This document shows, piece by piece, positions 29,185 to 38,990 of a stretch of 64,000 bases of DNA (position 1 is the stretch's first letter; every line of letters begins with the position of its first letter). The position numbers and the translations under genes were made by a program. The stretch covers positions 12-64,011 of the forward strand of contig JAHZKG010000056.1 of NCBI GenBank assembly GCA_022600515.1, given 5' to 3'. The stretch is from Gammaproteobacteria bacterium (GTDB lineage: Bacteria > Pseudomonadota > Gammaproteobacteria > Legionellales > Legionellaceae). The notes beneath the pieces were generated by a model. That model searched no databases, was not told the origin of the DNA, and saw only the letters and a list, made by a program, of their open reading frames with translations.

Positions 29185-30551
29185 TGGGTACAGCCATAAC
29201 CCACCGCTAAATCTTGATATAAACTAACAATGGTCATGAGTTGATCGAGCTTGCGCTGGTTCACTCGTACTTTCATACGATCCAGCTTAATTTTTTCATC
29301 TAGCAATTTAAAATAACTAATAATGCCTTCTTGATATAAATCATTATTCAGCTGATATACTGATTTTAAATTATTTTTGGACTGAACTGTTTCATCTAAA
29401 CGCTGCGTATAATATGCATGCGCAGACAGTCCATTATCTACATCTCTCAGTACTTTTCGGAACGTATCCAAATAATGATAATAAGCCACTTTCCCAACGC
29501 CTTTCGCTTTATCCCAAACCCCAAAATTTGATAACGGCATAATCGTCGACATAGATAAAGCCTGATTAAAGTAAACTGGCATTCCAAGTTTTGTTCCATA
29601 AGGTTCTGTCGCAATATCTCCACGTGCAGCGCTGAGCTGCATGGTTGGGAAGAAATTACCAACAGCTGCACCTATGGCTGCATTGGCGGCTGTTAGTTCA
29701 TTCGCCGCCTGCATCATATCAGGACGATTTTTCACAACCGTCAAGGGCAAAGCACCAATAATCACTTGTTTACTTTTGAGCTGACTAAAGCGGCGGGGAA
29801 ATGAAAAACCGGCGGGATTTTCATTTAATAAAAAATGGAGCATGTTTTGACTCACCACAATTTTTTGCTTAACCACTTTTTCTTCGGCCTTAATCAGTGC
29901 AAGTTTACTTTTTGCACGCTCAACCAAAATATTAGAGGCCAACCCATCCTGATACATCTGCTGTGAAATCATCAATTTTTCGGTTAGATCACGTGCAACA
30001 GTCTGTAATATGCTCAGTCGCTCTGTTTGTGCTTGGTAGCTAAAATAGCTCCCTGAAATTTGTGCAATAACCGCTAATTTAACGGTATCTCTCATGTTTT
30101 CTGTTATTTTAACATCATACTTTGCTCTTTTTTGCTCTTTAATTTGCTTAAAAATGTTCATTGTGTAAGTTGGCAAAAGTACGGCTATCACCCCTGGATA
30201 CCCAAAATAAGGAAACGAGGTATATCCTAACAAACTATCTAAGTTAGGCGCCCAGTCCCACTGAACACGCTTTAACTCACCTTGTGCTGCTTCAATATTT
30301 GCAACAGCCATATGAATATCATTGTTATATGCTAATCCTTTCTCAATTAAATCATTGAGAGCGGGGTCTTTAAATTGCTGCCACCACGGAATACACGCGG
30401 TATTGCATGCCTCTGTATTTAAAGCACTATCTGTTGCATGCCATTTTGAAGGAACATTTGTTGGTGGTGTTGGGAGATATTTTGGAGCAAACGTACACGC
30501 TGTTATCACGGCGTTTAGTATAACCAGCAGCATTAAAAAAAATAACTTCAT
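29181..30551 (-). CDS. Outer-membrane efflux lipoprotein (NodT/TolC family)
   Basis: Start set at ATG 30551, which gives MKLFFLMLLVILNAVITAC (lipobox). Long helical repeats are typical of OMF proteins. Confidence 0.8.
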   Translation of the reverse strand: MKLFFLMLLVILNAVITACTFAPKYLPTPPTNVPSKWHATDSALNTEACNTACIPWWQQFKDPALNDLIEKGLAYNNDIHMAVANIEAAQGELKRVQWDWAPNLDSLLGYTSFPYFGYPGVIAVLLPTYTMNIFKQIKEQKRAKYDVKITENMRDTVKLAVIAQISGSYFSYQAQTERLSILQTVARDLTEKLMISQQMYQDGLASNILVERAKSKLALIKAEEKVVKQKIVVSQNMLHFLLNENPAGFSFPRRFSQLKSKQVIIGALPLTVVKNRPDMMQAANELTAANAAIGAAVGNFFPTMQLSAARGDIATEPYGTKLGMPVYFNQALSMSTIMPLSNFGVWDKAKGVGKVAYYHYLDTFRKVLRDVDNGLSAHAYYTQRLDETVQSKNNLKSVYQLNNDLYQEGIISYFKLLDEKIKLDRMKVRVNQRKLDQLMTIVSLYQDLAVGYGCTH

Positions 30552-30561
30552 CGCTTGCAAC

Positions 30562-31404
30562 TCAATTTCCCTTGAATTGATCACCATGACTCATTCTAGT
30601 TAACTGTTCAAGCATCGCTTCTGTTTCGATTACCAAGCTATCTCGTCCTGTAGGCTTATGCTCAGAAAATAATATTTGTAAATTTTGATAAGCACTCAAA
30701 AGCGTCTTATTGAACGGCTCTAACGTATCTAAAAAATGCACACATAAATGATAATCATGTTCTGCCATTTTCAAAAATGTACTCAAACTTTCGATATGTG
30801 TATACAGTACTGCACTCCGCTTCAAATACTGGCTACGCCGAGTAGGACGGCTTTTAACCACATCGAGTAATACATTTAATTCAGACACAACCGCTTTTTG
30901 TAAGTCAAAATAAAATTTATGCGTCAGATTATTTTTTTTGAAAATAAAGTATTCAAAAAAAACACAAATACTTAAAGCAATAATCGTTGCTTTAGCATAA
31001 TCAAAAAAGAATTGATCAACCGCATAAAGATTACTCTGATAATAATCACTGCCGAGTGCGGTGAGCGCCACCGTAAAAATAGTGGGCGAAACATAATACT
31101 TACTTAAAGAAAAATACGCCATGAACACTGCCACAGGCACAATAATAAAAATAAGATCATCATCTATTCGTATGAAAAAAAAGAGAATATACGATAAAAA
31201 TAACCCAAACATTGCCCCCCAAAAGCGATGAAACGTACGGTGTAAGCTTGATCCTGAATCAAATCCGGCATAAATCATCATCACGGCAAAACCAATCCAG
31301 CCCGCATGCGAAAAATTTAGCATTTTCTGTATAATTAACGTAAAAACAAATACGATACATATTTGCAATGCGCGCGTTGCGCGATAATCTATTGCCTCGA
31401 GCAT
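30562..31404 (-). CDS. FUSC/AaeB-like half-size inner-membrane protein (TM domain plus cytoplasmic helical domain)
   Basis: 280 aa. The N-terminal ~160 aa are polytopic and Gly/Phe-rich (GWIGFAVMMIYAGFDSG...HRFWGAMFGLFLSY), followed by a soluble helical tail. The family call is from architecture and context. Confidence 0.55.
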   Translation of the reverse strand: MLEAIDYRATRALQICIVFVFTLIIQKMLNFSHAGWIGFAVMMIYAGFDSGSSLHRTFHRFWGAMFGLFLSYILFFFIRIDDDLIFIIVPVAVFMAYFSLSKYYVSPTIFTVALTALGSDYYQSNLYAVDQFFFDYAKATIIALSICVFFEYFIFKKNNLTHKFYFDLQKAVVSELNVLLDVVKSRPTRRSQYLKRSAVLYTHIESLSTFLKMAEHDYHLCVHFLDTLEPFNKTLLSAYQNLQILFSEHKPTGRDSLVIETEAMLEQLTRMSHGDQFKGN

Positions 31405-32294
31405 ATATAATTCCAGGCATTGATTAATTTAATAAAGTTCGAATCGTTTACAACCAGCACCTCGCAACGCGTTTCTTGATCTATCGCGGCCGTCAAACAC
31501 CTTAAGTTTTGAATCAATAAGACTAAATCTTTCTCAGGCATACTCAAGCGCTGACGAGCCAACATATCTCGCTGCACCTGCACTTGATGAAGTAATAAAT
31601 TTATTTTTAGTATCGTATAAATCGGTAATTTTCGCGGTAACATATTTGAAAAACGTATCATATATTTTGTGCTTTCTTGAAACACTGGGATATCAATCGC
31701 TTGTTTTTTATATATACAAATAAAATCATCTAACAAGCCCTGACATGACTGCCTGAATGCTCGTAACCATAAACGATAATAATAACTTAAAGGAAATAAA
31801 ACCAATGACGCCAAAATAATTAACATGGAGAACAGCGTGGTCATAATATTTTCTATGACCATCTTGAAATTCATATTAAGTGCAGGATACAAGAGTGAAT
31901 ACGCCGCAAGACTCAATATAATCGGAACCAACGGTAACATAATGGCTGCATGTCGTAATGCCATAAAGTACAGCGATAGTGTTGCTAAAAAAATGGCCGC
32001 TGGAAAAAATAAAGGATAAGCACTTAAAGTATCAAATAAAATAATCATGCCACACGCACCGACAATGGTGTAAACAAATGCACGGTATTTATCTTCTATA
32101 CGCTCCATCATGACTTCTGCAACCATTGATGTCAGAGGCAAATAAAAAAAATAAAAATAGGGGTGTGGTATATAAAAAAACATATTAACGACCGAGAGCA
32201 TAAAAAAAACATAGACTACTTTGATACCGTTCAGTCGGTGAATGCCATAGGGATCATACGTTTCGAGTATGTGAATGGGCTTTGATATAAACAT
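31389..32294 (-). CDS. Polytopic membrane protein, second FUSC-like/DUF2955-like half
   Basis: About 300 aa with the same architecture as the downstream gene (about 170-aa TM block plus helical tail). ATG 32294 overlaps the HlyD gene end by 41 nt, so the start is uncertain. Confidence 0.5.
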   Translation of the reverse strand: MFISKPIHILETYDPYGIHRLNGIKVVYVFFMLSVVNMFFYIPHPYFYFFYLPLTSMVAEVMMERIEDKYRAFVYTIVGACGMIILFDTLSAYPLFFPAAIFLATLSLYFMALRHAAIMLPLVPIILSLAAYSLLYPALNMNFKMVIENIMTTLFSMLIILASLVLFPLSYYYRLWLRAFRQSCQGLLDDFICIYKKQAIDIPVFQESTKYMIRFSNMLPRKLPIYTILKINLLLHQVQVQRDMLARQRLSMPEKDLVLLIQNLRCLTAAIDQETRCEVLVVNDSNFIKLINAWNYICSRQ

Positions 32295-33273
32295 AAGCAC
32301 TCGCGCCTGGCTGCAAAGGAAAATCAGGATTAGGATCCAATATTTTGATTTGTAAAGGTAAACGCTGTGGAATCAATAACCATTCGTTTTCATTGGCCAC
32401 TTTCTGCTGCTGTGTTCTTTTGATTGTATTCTGTCGGTCTGTAGCCCAAATTGTATTCACCACACGACCATGAAATATTTTTGTAAAATAATACATGCGC
32501 AATAAGATTATCGCCTCGTCTCCTGGACGAATACGACGCAAGTCTGTCTCATTAAAATTAGCTTGAATCCACCAGTTCGATGTGTCAATAAAAGAAAATA
32601 AAGGGGTGTGAATTTTAACCGGCGTTCCTTTCGAGATATACATGTTATCAACAATACCGTCTGTTAATGCTCTGACCGTTGTTAAATTAAGATTAACCAA
32701 CGCATTGTCCATATCCGCTTTTAATGCGGTGACTTTTTTGCGCTGTTCAATAATTTGTTGATCTTCTACTTTAATTTGTTTTGCTAATGCGTCTTTTCTT
32801 TTTTCCATGGCCTGTAAATTATATTTTAGTATCCGCACTTCAAGTGCTGGTACAGCTTGACGAACACTCGGTTTGTTTTTTAATTTAAATTTAAGCGCCG
32901 CTTTTTCATACTCAAATACGGCTGCATGAAATAAGTCAGATGTTTTTTGTGTTTGCCGCTCAATGACTTTAACGCCTTCTATCGCTTGCTCATGTTTTGC
33001 CTTGGCTGATTGGTATGCTAGGCGATAAGGCTCTCGATACACTTGTACCAAAGGTGCCCCCTGCTTTACTGATTGCCCGTTCTTCACATACACATCGGTT
33101 AAATAGCCAGACACATCTGCTGCAACTGGAGCAACATTGGTTGCAACAAATGCGTTATTTGTAAACGGTACCATATATGAAAAAATGTGATAAATAATTA
33201 GCAGTAAAGCAATACCAATAACAATCACGGGTAAGTTAATTTCATTTTTTGATACTTTAAGTATTTTTAGCAC
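32254..33273 (-). CDS. HlyD-family membrane fusion protein (EmrA/AaeA-like)
   Basis: Single N-terminal TM, a lipoyl-like VAADVSGYLTDVYVKNGQSVKQGAPLVQV, a coiled coil, and a C-terminal beta domain. GTG start. Confidence 0.8.
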   Translation of the reverse strand: MLKILKVSKNEINLPVIVIGIALLLIIYHIFSYMVPFTNNAFVATNVAPVAADVSGYLTDVYVKNGQSVKQGAPLVQVYREPYRLAYQSAKAKHEQAIEGVKVIERQTQKTSDLFHAAVFEYEKAALKFKLKNKPSVRQAVPALEVRILKYNLQAMEKRKDALAKQIKVEDQQIIEQRKKVTALKADMDNALVNLNLTTVRALTDGIVDNMYISKGTPVKIHTPLFSFIDTSNWWIQANFNETDLRRIRPGDEAIILLRMYYFTKIFHGRVVNTIWATDRQNTIKRTQQQKVANENEWLLIPQRLPLQIKILDPNPDFPLQPGASAYVYIKAHSHTRNV

Positions 33274-33433
33274 GCAGACGCTCTATATTATTAAAAGTAA
33301 AATCAAAATATATTCTATTTTTTATAACAGTTTAGAGGCCCTGAAGCCAGCACTAAATCAAGCTGCTTTTTAGTCGAAACTTTAGGCTCATTAAGCTATA
33401 CTCATGACATTTTTTTATTTGGAAGATATTCCT

Positions 33434-34504
33434 ATGCGTGCCTCTTTACATGACATTGCACTTCTCATCGACGGAACGGTTATAGGTGACAGTGCCACCC
33501 AAGTCCAGGCCCTATCACCTATTGACGAAATCAAACCGGACGCACTTATTTTTGCAGACGGCACAGATCATTTAAAAAAAGCCGAGCAATCCGAGGCTGC
33601 AGCTATTCTTGTTTCAAAAAATGTGACGCAATCGAATAAACCTTTAATTCAAGTCGCCGACCCATTCCAAGGCTTTATTAAACTTTTAAAGCACTTTTAT
33701 CCAGCCGCAAAACCTGTATTAGGCATTCACCCGACAGCTATTATTGCACCCGATGTTATCCTGGGTGAAAATATATCAATTGGCCCTTATGTGATCATTG
33801 AAGAGGACTGTAATATTGGGGATAATTGTATTATTAAAAGCCATGTGCATATTGGAAACCATGTGACCATAGGCCCTGACACCTGCATTCACCCGCATGT
33901 GACGCTGTATGATTATACAACGCTTGGTGCGCGTATTGCCATTCATGCTTCATCGGTTATCGGTTCAGATGGTTTTGGCTACACGGCTGAAAATGGACAA
34001 CACGTTAAAATTCCTCATGTGGGACGTGTTGTCATTGAAGACGATGTCGAAATAGGCGCAAACACCGTGGTTGATCGCGCAACGATTGGTGAAACCTTGA
34101 TTGGTAAAGGCACAAAAATAGATAACCTTGTTCAAATAGCCCACTCGGTTAAACTCGGCCAACATAACATCCTCTGCGCTTTCACCGGCATTGCAGGCAG
34201 CACACACAGTGGCAATCATGTTATTTTTGCAGCCGGCGTTGGGGTCAGTGACCATGTTCGAATTGATGATGAGGTTATTTTAGGCGCACGCGCAGGCGTC
34301 CCACCTAAAAAACACTTAAAACAAGGCCTAATCTATCTGGGCACGCCAGCAAGACCCCGTGAAAAAGCCATTGAGCATGAGATGTCTACGACTCGCATTC
34401 CTCTCATGCGAAAACAACTGAAGCGCCTCTCAGAACAAGTCAACCTGCTCAAAGAAAAACAACCCTCGCTATCCTCTGAACAAACACTTGATGAAGAGAG
34501 ATAA
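33434..34504 (+). CDS. lpxD: UDP-3-O-acylglucosamine N-acyltransferase (LpxD paralog)
   Basis: N-terminus [15 protein letters not shown], left-handed beta-helix hexapeptide repeats ([25 protein letters not shown]...), and GSDGFGY. Start chosen at ATG 33434 (GGAAG SD); the track start is 33404. Confidence 0.85.
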   Translation: MRASLHDIALLIDGTVIGDSATQVQALSPIDEIKPDALIFADGTDHLKKAEQSEAAAILVSKNVTQSNKPLIQVADPFQGFIKLLKHFYPAAKPVLGIHPTAIIAPDVILGENISIGPYVIIEEDCNIGDNCIIKSHVHIGNHVTIGPDTCIHPHVTLYDYTTLGARIAIHASSVIGSDGFGYTAENGQHVKIPHVGRVVIEDDVEIGANTVVDRATIGETLIGKGTKIDNLVQIAHSVKLGQHNILCAFTGIAGSTHSGNHVIFAAGVGVSDHVRIDDEVILGARAGVPPKKHLKQGLIYLGTPARPREKAIEHEMSTTRIPLMRKQLKRLSEQVNLLKEKQPSLSSEQTLDEER

Positions 34505-34507
34505 GCT

Positions 34508-37210
34508 GTGAAAAAAGCACCGTTCGTACTTGTCGATGGCTCTTCCTATTTTTTTCGTGCCTTTCATGCGCTCCCCCCCTTAACAAACAGCGAAGGTCAC
34601 CCTACAGGTGCCGTCTATGGCGTTGTTAACATGATTCGGCGCTTACTCAAAGATACTTCTCCGTCACAGTTTGCTATTGTATTTGATGCACCAGGGAAAA
34701 CATTTAGGCATGACTTATACCCAGAGTACAAAGCCAACCGTCCCCCAATGCCGGATGACCTCAGGCGCCAATTTAAACCGCTCATTGAGATTTTAAAGGC
34801 CCTTGGTTTTCCATTGCTTATTGTCGATGACGTAGAAGCCGATGATGTCATTGGAACCCTGGCCGTACAAGCAGCCGCCGCGAACCATGCTGTGCTCATT
34901 TCAACGGGCGATAAAGACATGGCACAGCTGGTTAATTCGCACGTTACGCTCATTAATACCATGAGCCGACAAGTGTTAGATCCCGAAGGCGTTTTAACTA
35001 AATTTGGGGTAAGACCCGACCAAATCATTGATTACTTGGCACTCGTAGGAGACACCAGTGACAACGTGCCTGGCGTGCCACAGTGCGGGCCAAAAACAGC
35101 GGTTAAATGGCTTGCATTGCACCATACATTAGATAATCTCATGACGCATGCTGATACCATCGGCGGAAAAATAGGCGAACGCCTCCGCGAAAGCCTTCCG
35201 ATGCTTCCCCTATCCAAGCGCCTTGTGACCATCAAAACAGACGTTACACTCCCCCAGTCACTTGATGATTTAAAACCAAGCCCTCCGAATCGAGACGTGT
35301 TGCTTTCACTCGCACGTGAACTTGAGGTAAACGTTTGGCTAAAGGAGTGGGGTAGTGCTGCTGCGACTCAAACCCCGAGCCCCGCGCCAGCGCTACCCAC
35401 CGAAAATCAATCCATTGCGTTTGACATGATTCAAGACAACGCAGCACTTGATGCATGGATAGACCACCTTAAACATGCAACACACTGCTGCATTGACACG
35501 GAAACCACAGATCTTGACCCACTCAAGGCCTCACTTGTCGGGATAGCACTTGCTGTAGACTCTACACGTGCGGCTTATATTCCACTGGCGCATACAAACT
35601 GCACCCCTCAATTATCGCAAGAACACGTGTTAGCCGCCCTTAAGCCTTATTTAGAAAGTCATCAACTAAAAAAAATTGGCCAAAATTTAAAATATGATTA
35701 CGCTGTCTTAAAACAATATAACATCACGCTCAATGCAATCTGCTTTGATACGATGCTCGAAGCGTATGTTTTAAATAGCACGGCAGGGCGTCATAATCTA
35801 GATGCCCTGGCTATGCGCTATTTAAATCATCAAACCATTCACTTTGAAGACGTGGTTGGACGCGGTAAAAAAGCAATTCCTTTTGCTGATGTACCGATTG
35901 AAAAAGCAGCACCTTATGCTGCTGAAGATGCACTGATTGCTTACAAGCTACATGAAACACTGTATCCAAAACTAGATACTAAATTACAAAGCGTACTCGA
36001 GCAGATTGAAATGCCTTTAGTGCCCATTTTGGCAGATATTGAATCTCATGGCGTGCTGCTTGATATTCAGCAGCTTGAAGCACATGGCACACAGCTCAGT
36101 GCGCGCATTCATGCTTTAGCTGAAAAAGCGTACACCCTTGCAACAAAAACATTTAATCTCAATTCACCAAAGCAGCTACAAGAAATTCTTTACGATACGC
36201 TTAATTTGCCCATTCTTTCAAAAACACCGAAAGGCCAGCCGTCTACGGCAGAATCGGTACTTCAAGAACTTGCTTTTGATTATCCTCTGCCTGCTATTAT
36301 TCTTGAGTATCGAAGTTTGACGAAACTCATGTCAACTTATATTGAAGCGCTTCCTAAGCGAGTCAATGTCCAAACCGGCCGCATACACACCTCATATAAC
36401 CAAGCTGTGACCGCAACAGGAAGGCTTTCATCAAGCAACCCAAACTTGCAAAATATTCCGGTTCGTCATGAAGAAGGGCGTCGTATTCGACAAGCCTTTA
36501 TCGCACCTGAAGGCTGCTTATTGCTTGCCTCTGATTATTCACAAATTGAGCTGCGTATTATGGCACATTTGTCAGGTGATGCTGGATTAAAACGTGCATT
36601 CGACAATGACTGGGATATTCATGCAGCAACCGCAAGTGAAATTTTTTCAACTCCACTCGAAGAGATTACAGCAGAGCAACGTCGTCGTGCCAAAGCCATT
36701 AATTTTGGCTTAATTTATGGGATGTCTTCTTTTGGACTCGCAAAGCAACTCAGTGTTTCAAGAGAAGATGCCAAAGCATATATCAAGCGCTATTTCGAAC
36801 GCTATCCAGGCGTATTTGATTACATGGAAGCAACACGTGAACAAGCACATGAACAAGGCTATGTCGAAACACTGTTTGGGCGACGACTGTATTTGCCTGA
36901 AATCAACGCCTCGAATAAAATGCGACAAAAAGCAGCTGAGCGCACCGCCATCAATGCGCCCATGCAAGGCACCGCTGCAGATATTATCAAAAAAGCAATG
37001 TGCTCTGTTGCAAACTGGCAAACAACCCCTGCTGGCCAATCTGCGCGTATGATCATGCAAGTACATGATGAATTAGTCTTTGAGGTACAAGCAGATGCTA
37101 TTCAAGCCGCTGAGCTTGCTATTAAAAAGCACATGGAACAAGCTGCTGTATTAAACGTTCCTCTGCGTGTTTCAATTGATATTGGGACGAATTGGGATGC
37201 TGCACATTAA
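34508..37210 (+). CDS. polA: DNA polymerase I
   Basis: LVDGSSYFFRAFHA (5-prime nuclease), 3-prime-5-prime exo DTETT, and pol motifs DYSQIELRIMAH and QVHDELVFE. GTG start. Confidence 0.97.
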   Translation: MKKAPFVLVDGSSYFFRAFHALPPLTNSEGHPTGAVYGVVNMIRRLLKDTSPSQFAIVFDAPGKTFRHDLYPEYKANRPPMPDDLRRQFKPLIEILKALGFPLLIVDDVEADDVIGTLAVQAAAANHAVLISTGDKDMAQLVNSHVTLINTMSRQVLDPEGVLTKFGVRPDQIIDYLALVGDTSDNVPGVPQCGPKTAVKWLALHHTLDNLMTHADTIGGKIGERLRESLPMLPLSKRLVTIKTDVTLPQSLDDLKPSPPNRDVLLSLARELEVNVWLKEWGSAAATQTPSPAPALPTENQSIAFDMIQDNAALDAWIDHLKHATHCCIDTETTDLDPLKASLVGIALAVDSTRAAYIPLAHTNCTPQLSQEHVLAALKPYLESHQLKKIGQNLKYDYAVLKQYNITLNAICFDTMLEAYVLNSTAGRHNLDALAMRYLNHQTIHFEDVVGRGKKAIPFADVPIEKAAPYAAEDALIAYKLHETLYPKLDTKLQSVLEQIEMPLVPILADIESHGVLLDIQQLEAHGTQLSARIHALAEKAYTLATKTFNLNSPKQLQEILYDTLNLPILSKTPKGQPSTAESVLQELAFDYPLPAIILEYRSLTKLMSTYIEALPKRVNVQTGRIHTSYNQAVTATGRLSSSNPNLQNIPVRHEEGRRIRQAFIAPEGCLLLASDYSQIELRIMAHLSGDAGLKRAFDNDWDIHAATASEIFSTPLEEITAEQRRRAKAINFGLIYGMSSFGLAKQLSVSREDAKAYIKRYFERYPGVFDYMEATREQAHEQGYVETLFGRRLYLPEINASNKMRQKAAERTAINAPMQGTAADIIKKAMCSVANWQTTPAGQSARMIMQVHDELVFEVQADAIQAAELAIKKHMEQAAVLNVPLRVSIDIGTNWDAAH

Positions 37211-37854
37211 AATACGTCAACACCCGATGCACGCGCAACCAACACGGTATCGGCAGGGCGCTCTGCGAAAATGCCGCTATCAACCACGCCGGGCAAAAGC
37301 TTGATCGCTCGCTCCATAGCTATCGGCTCATCTAAATTCAGCTGAAAAACATCTAAAATATAATTACCGCTGTCTGTCACAAACCCTTCTCGATACACAG
37401 GGCTGCCACCCAACTTAACCAAAGCCCGCGCAACCAAACTGCGTGCCATAGGTAAAACCTCAACCGCCACAGGAAAAGCACCTAAACGCCGAACCACTTT
37501 TGATTCATCAACCAAACAAATAAAGTGCGTCGACGCCGTTGCAATAATTTTTTCATGGGTCAGTGCACCACCCCCACCTTTTATCATGCGCTTATGCTGC
37601 GTGACTTCATCAGCTCCATCCACATAAAGACGTAAAGGGTCGGCTGCTGCTAAATTAATAACGGGCAACCCTGCTTCACGAAGCGCTGCCTCAGTTGCTT
37701 TTGAGCTTGCAACACATCCTTCAATTCGCTGTTTAATGCCTGCCAGTGCCTGAATAAAATAAGCCGTTGTTGAGCCTGTACCAACGCCTAAGATACTCAC
37801 ATCACCTAAATGCTCAAGAGCTGCTTCCGCGACCTGTTTTTTTAAATTACGCAT
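37207..37854 (-). CDS. rpiA: Ribose-5-phosphate isomerase A
   Basis: LGVGTGSTTAYF, VDGADEV and KGGGGALTHEK. Confidence 0.93.
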   Translation of the reverse strand: MRNLKKQVAEAALEHLGDVSILGVGTGSTTAYFIQALAGIKQRIEGCVASSKATEAALREAGLPVINLAAADPLRLYVDGADEVTQHKRMIKGGGGALTHEKIIATASTHFICLVDESKVVRRLGAFPVAVEVLPMARSLVARALVKLGGSPVYREGFVTDSGNYILDVFQLNLDEPIAMERAIKLLPGVVDSGIFAERPADTVLVARASGVDVF

Positions 37855-37883
37855 ACAAAACCTTTTGATTCTAATTATGATTA

Positions 37884-37911
37884 AAACAAAAACGCCCTAA
37901 TCAATAGGGCG
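37884..37911 (-). terminator. Rho-independent terminator after the OMP gene
   Basis: Stem CGCCCTA (37893-37899) pairs with TAGGGCG (37905-37911) around a 5-nt loop. On the minus strand it is followed by TTTTTGTTTT. Confidence 0.7.
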
Positions 37912-37936
37912 CTTTAAATACCATGCTTTTACTTAA

Positions 37937-38731
37937 CTAGGCAAATCGATACTCTAAGCCCACCAAAAACGTATCAAGCGTTGGGCTAAAAATATAACCC
38001 GAAAAATTGGTGATTTGAATGGTCCCTGTTGGCACGATGCCTAAGTGCGAGCTATCCAGTTTTTGACTGAATGCGTGCATCCAAGCCGCCGTTACAAGCC
38101 AATTTTCCTTAACATGATAATCACCACCTAGCTTAATTTCAGGCAAAACATTCGCAAACGTTGTTTTCAGCCGATAGACACCAGGGAAACGAACCGCTAA
38201 ATTATTTTCTTTTCCGACAATCCCTGTTGGATTAACCACAATATTAGACCGCATATTCTCTATTAAAGCACCGGCTTTGAAGAATAAGTCATATTTAGGC
38301 TTCATAAAATAAGCACCAATCAAAACATCAAACCCGTACTGTGTGATATTGCTTCGCAGTGCATTACCAAGCGTTGTTGATGTGACCGATGTATTAGCCG
38401 CGAATTTGACATTGGGTTGAATATCGACTGAGCCATAATAACCCCAACCCGCCTCTACACTTGCCGCCCACTTTTCAGAAAAAGGGTGCAATCCACCGGC
38501 TGCGACACGTCCACCCCAGCCTAATTTACTCGTCTCAGCGCCAAACGTACCAACACCGGCTGCATACACTTCTAAACCGCCAGACACTTGAGGCCAAGTA
38601 TACATGCCTTCACCCGAAATAAACGGTATGAATGCCGGTAAGGTTTTTTTAACCGGACCCATGGGCCCTGCATAAGCGGCTGTTATCATCGACATCAACA
38701 AAATGCACATCGAAACCTTTTTATTTCCCAT
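37937..38731 (-). CDS. Outer-membrane beta-barrel protein (porin-like; possibly Legionella MOMP-like)
   Basis: Start at ATG 38731 (GGAGAG SD) gives the signal peptide MGNKKVSMCILLMSMITAAYA/GP. The body has alternating aromatic/Gly-rich strands, and the C-terminus is GLEYRFA. The subfamily assignment is tentative. Confidence 0.68.
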   Translation of the reverse strand: MGNKKVSMCILLMSMITAAYAGPMGPVKKTLPAFIPFISGEGMYTWPQVSGGLEVYAAGVGTFGAETSKLGWGGRVAAGGLHPFSEKWAASVEAGWGYYGSVDIQPNVKFAANTSVTSTTLGNALRSNITQYGFDVLIGAYFMKPKYDLFFKAGALIENMRSNIVVNPTGIVGKENNLAVRFPGVYRLKTTFANVLPEIKLGGDYHVKENWLVTAAWMHAFSQKLDSSHLGIVPTGTIQITNFSGYIFSPTLDTFLVGLEYRFA

Positions 38732-38990
38732 GAGTCTCTCCATTATTTTAAATCACATCCAAATTATGATCTTCGAGTGTTTATGATGAAGCATAAAAAA
38801 CCAAAGAAAACATCTCACATACCTTGCTCAGAGTAAATCAAGATTTTATAAAAATCAAACCAAACCAAACAATATGTTTAAATCAAGCTTTATTTAATTA
38901 AAATCCGCCTACTTATAGAGGTTCCTTGCCTAAATTAGAGCACAATGCTACGATGGGTCGCTTGATGTTTTTTGTACTAAGGCTTTTTTA

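Noticed and set aside
34615-35028. A 137-aa ORF antisense to polA. Similar long alternate-frame or antisense ORFs occur at 28118-28489, 42381-42797, 43230-43547, 22361-22696 and 4289-4615.
   Set aside because: Each lies entirely inside a confidently identified conserved gene and has an Arg/Ser/Cys/Pro-rich 'shadow' composition with no motifs. These are typical spurious ORFs.
37207-37210. Possible gene-fusion or assembly artefact at the polA/rpiA stop-stop overlap.
   Set aside because: Both proteins end with normal full-length C-termini, and the same overlap style recurs at other convergent junctions. It appears to be a genuine property of this compact genome.
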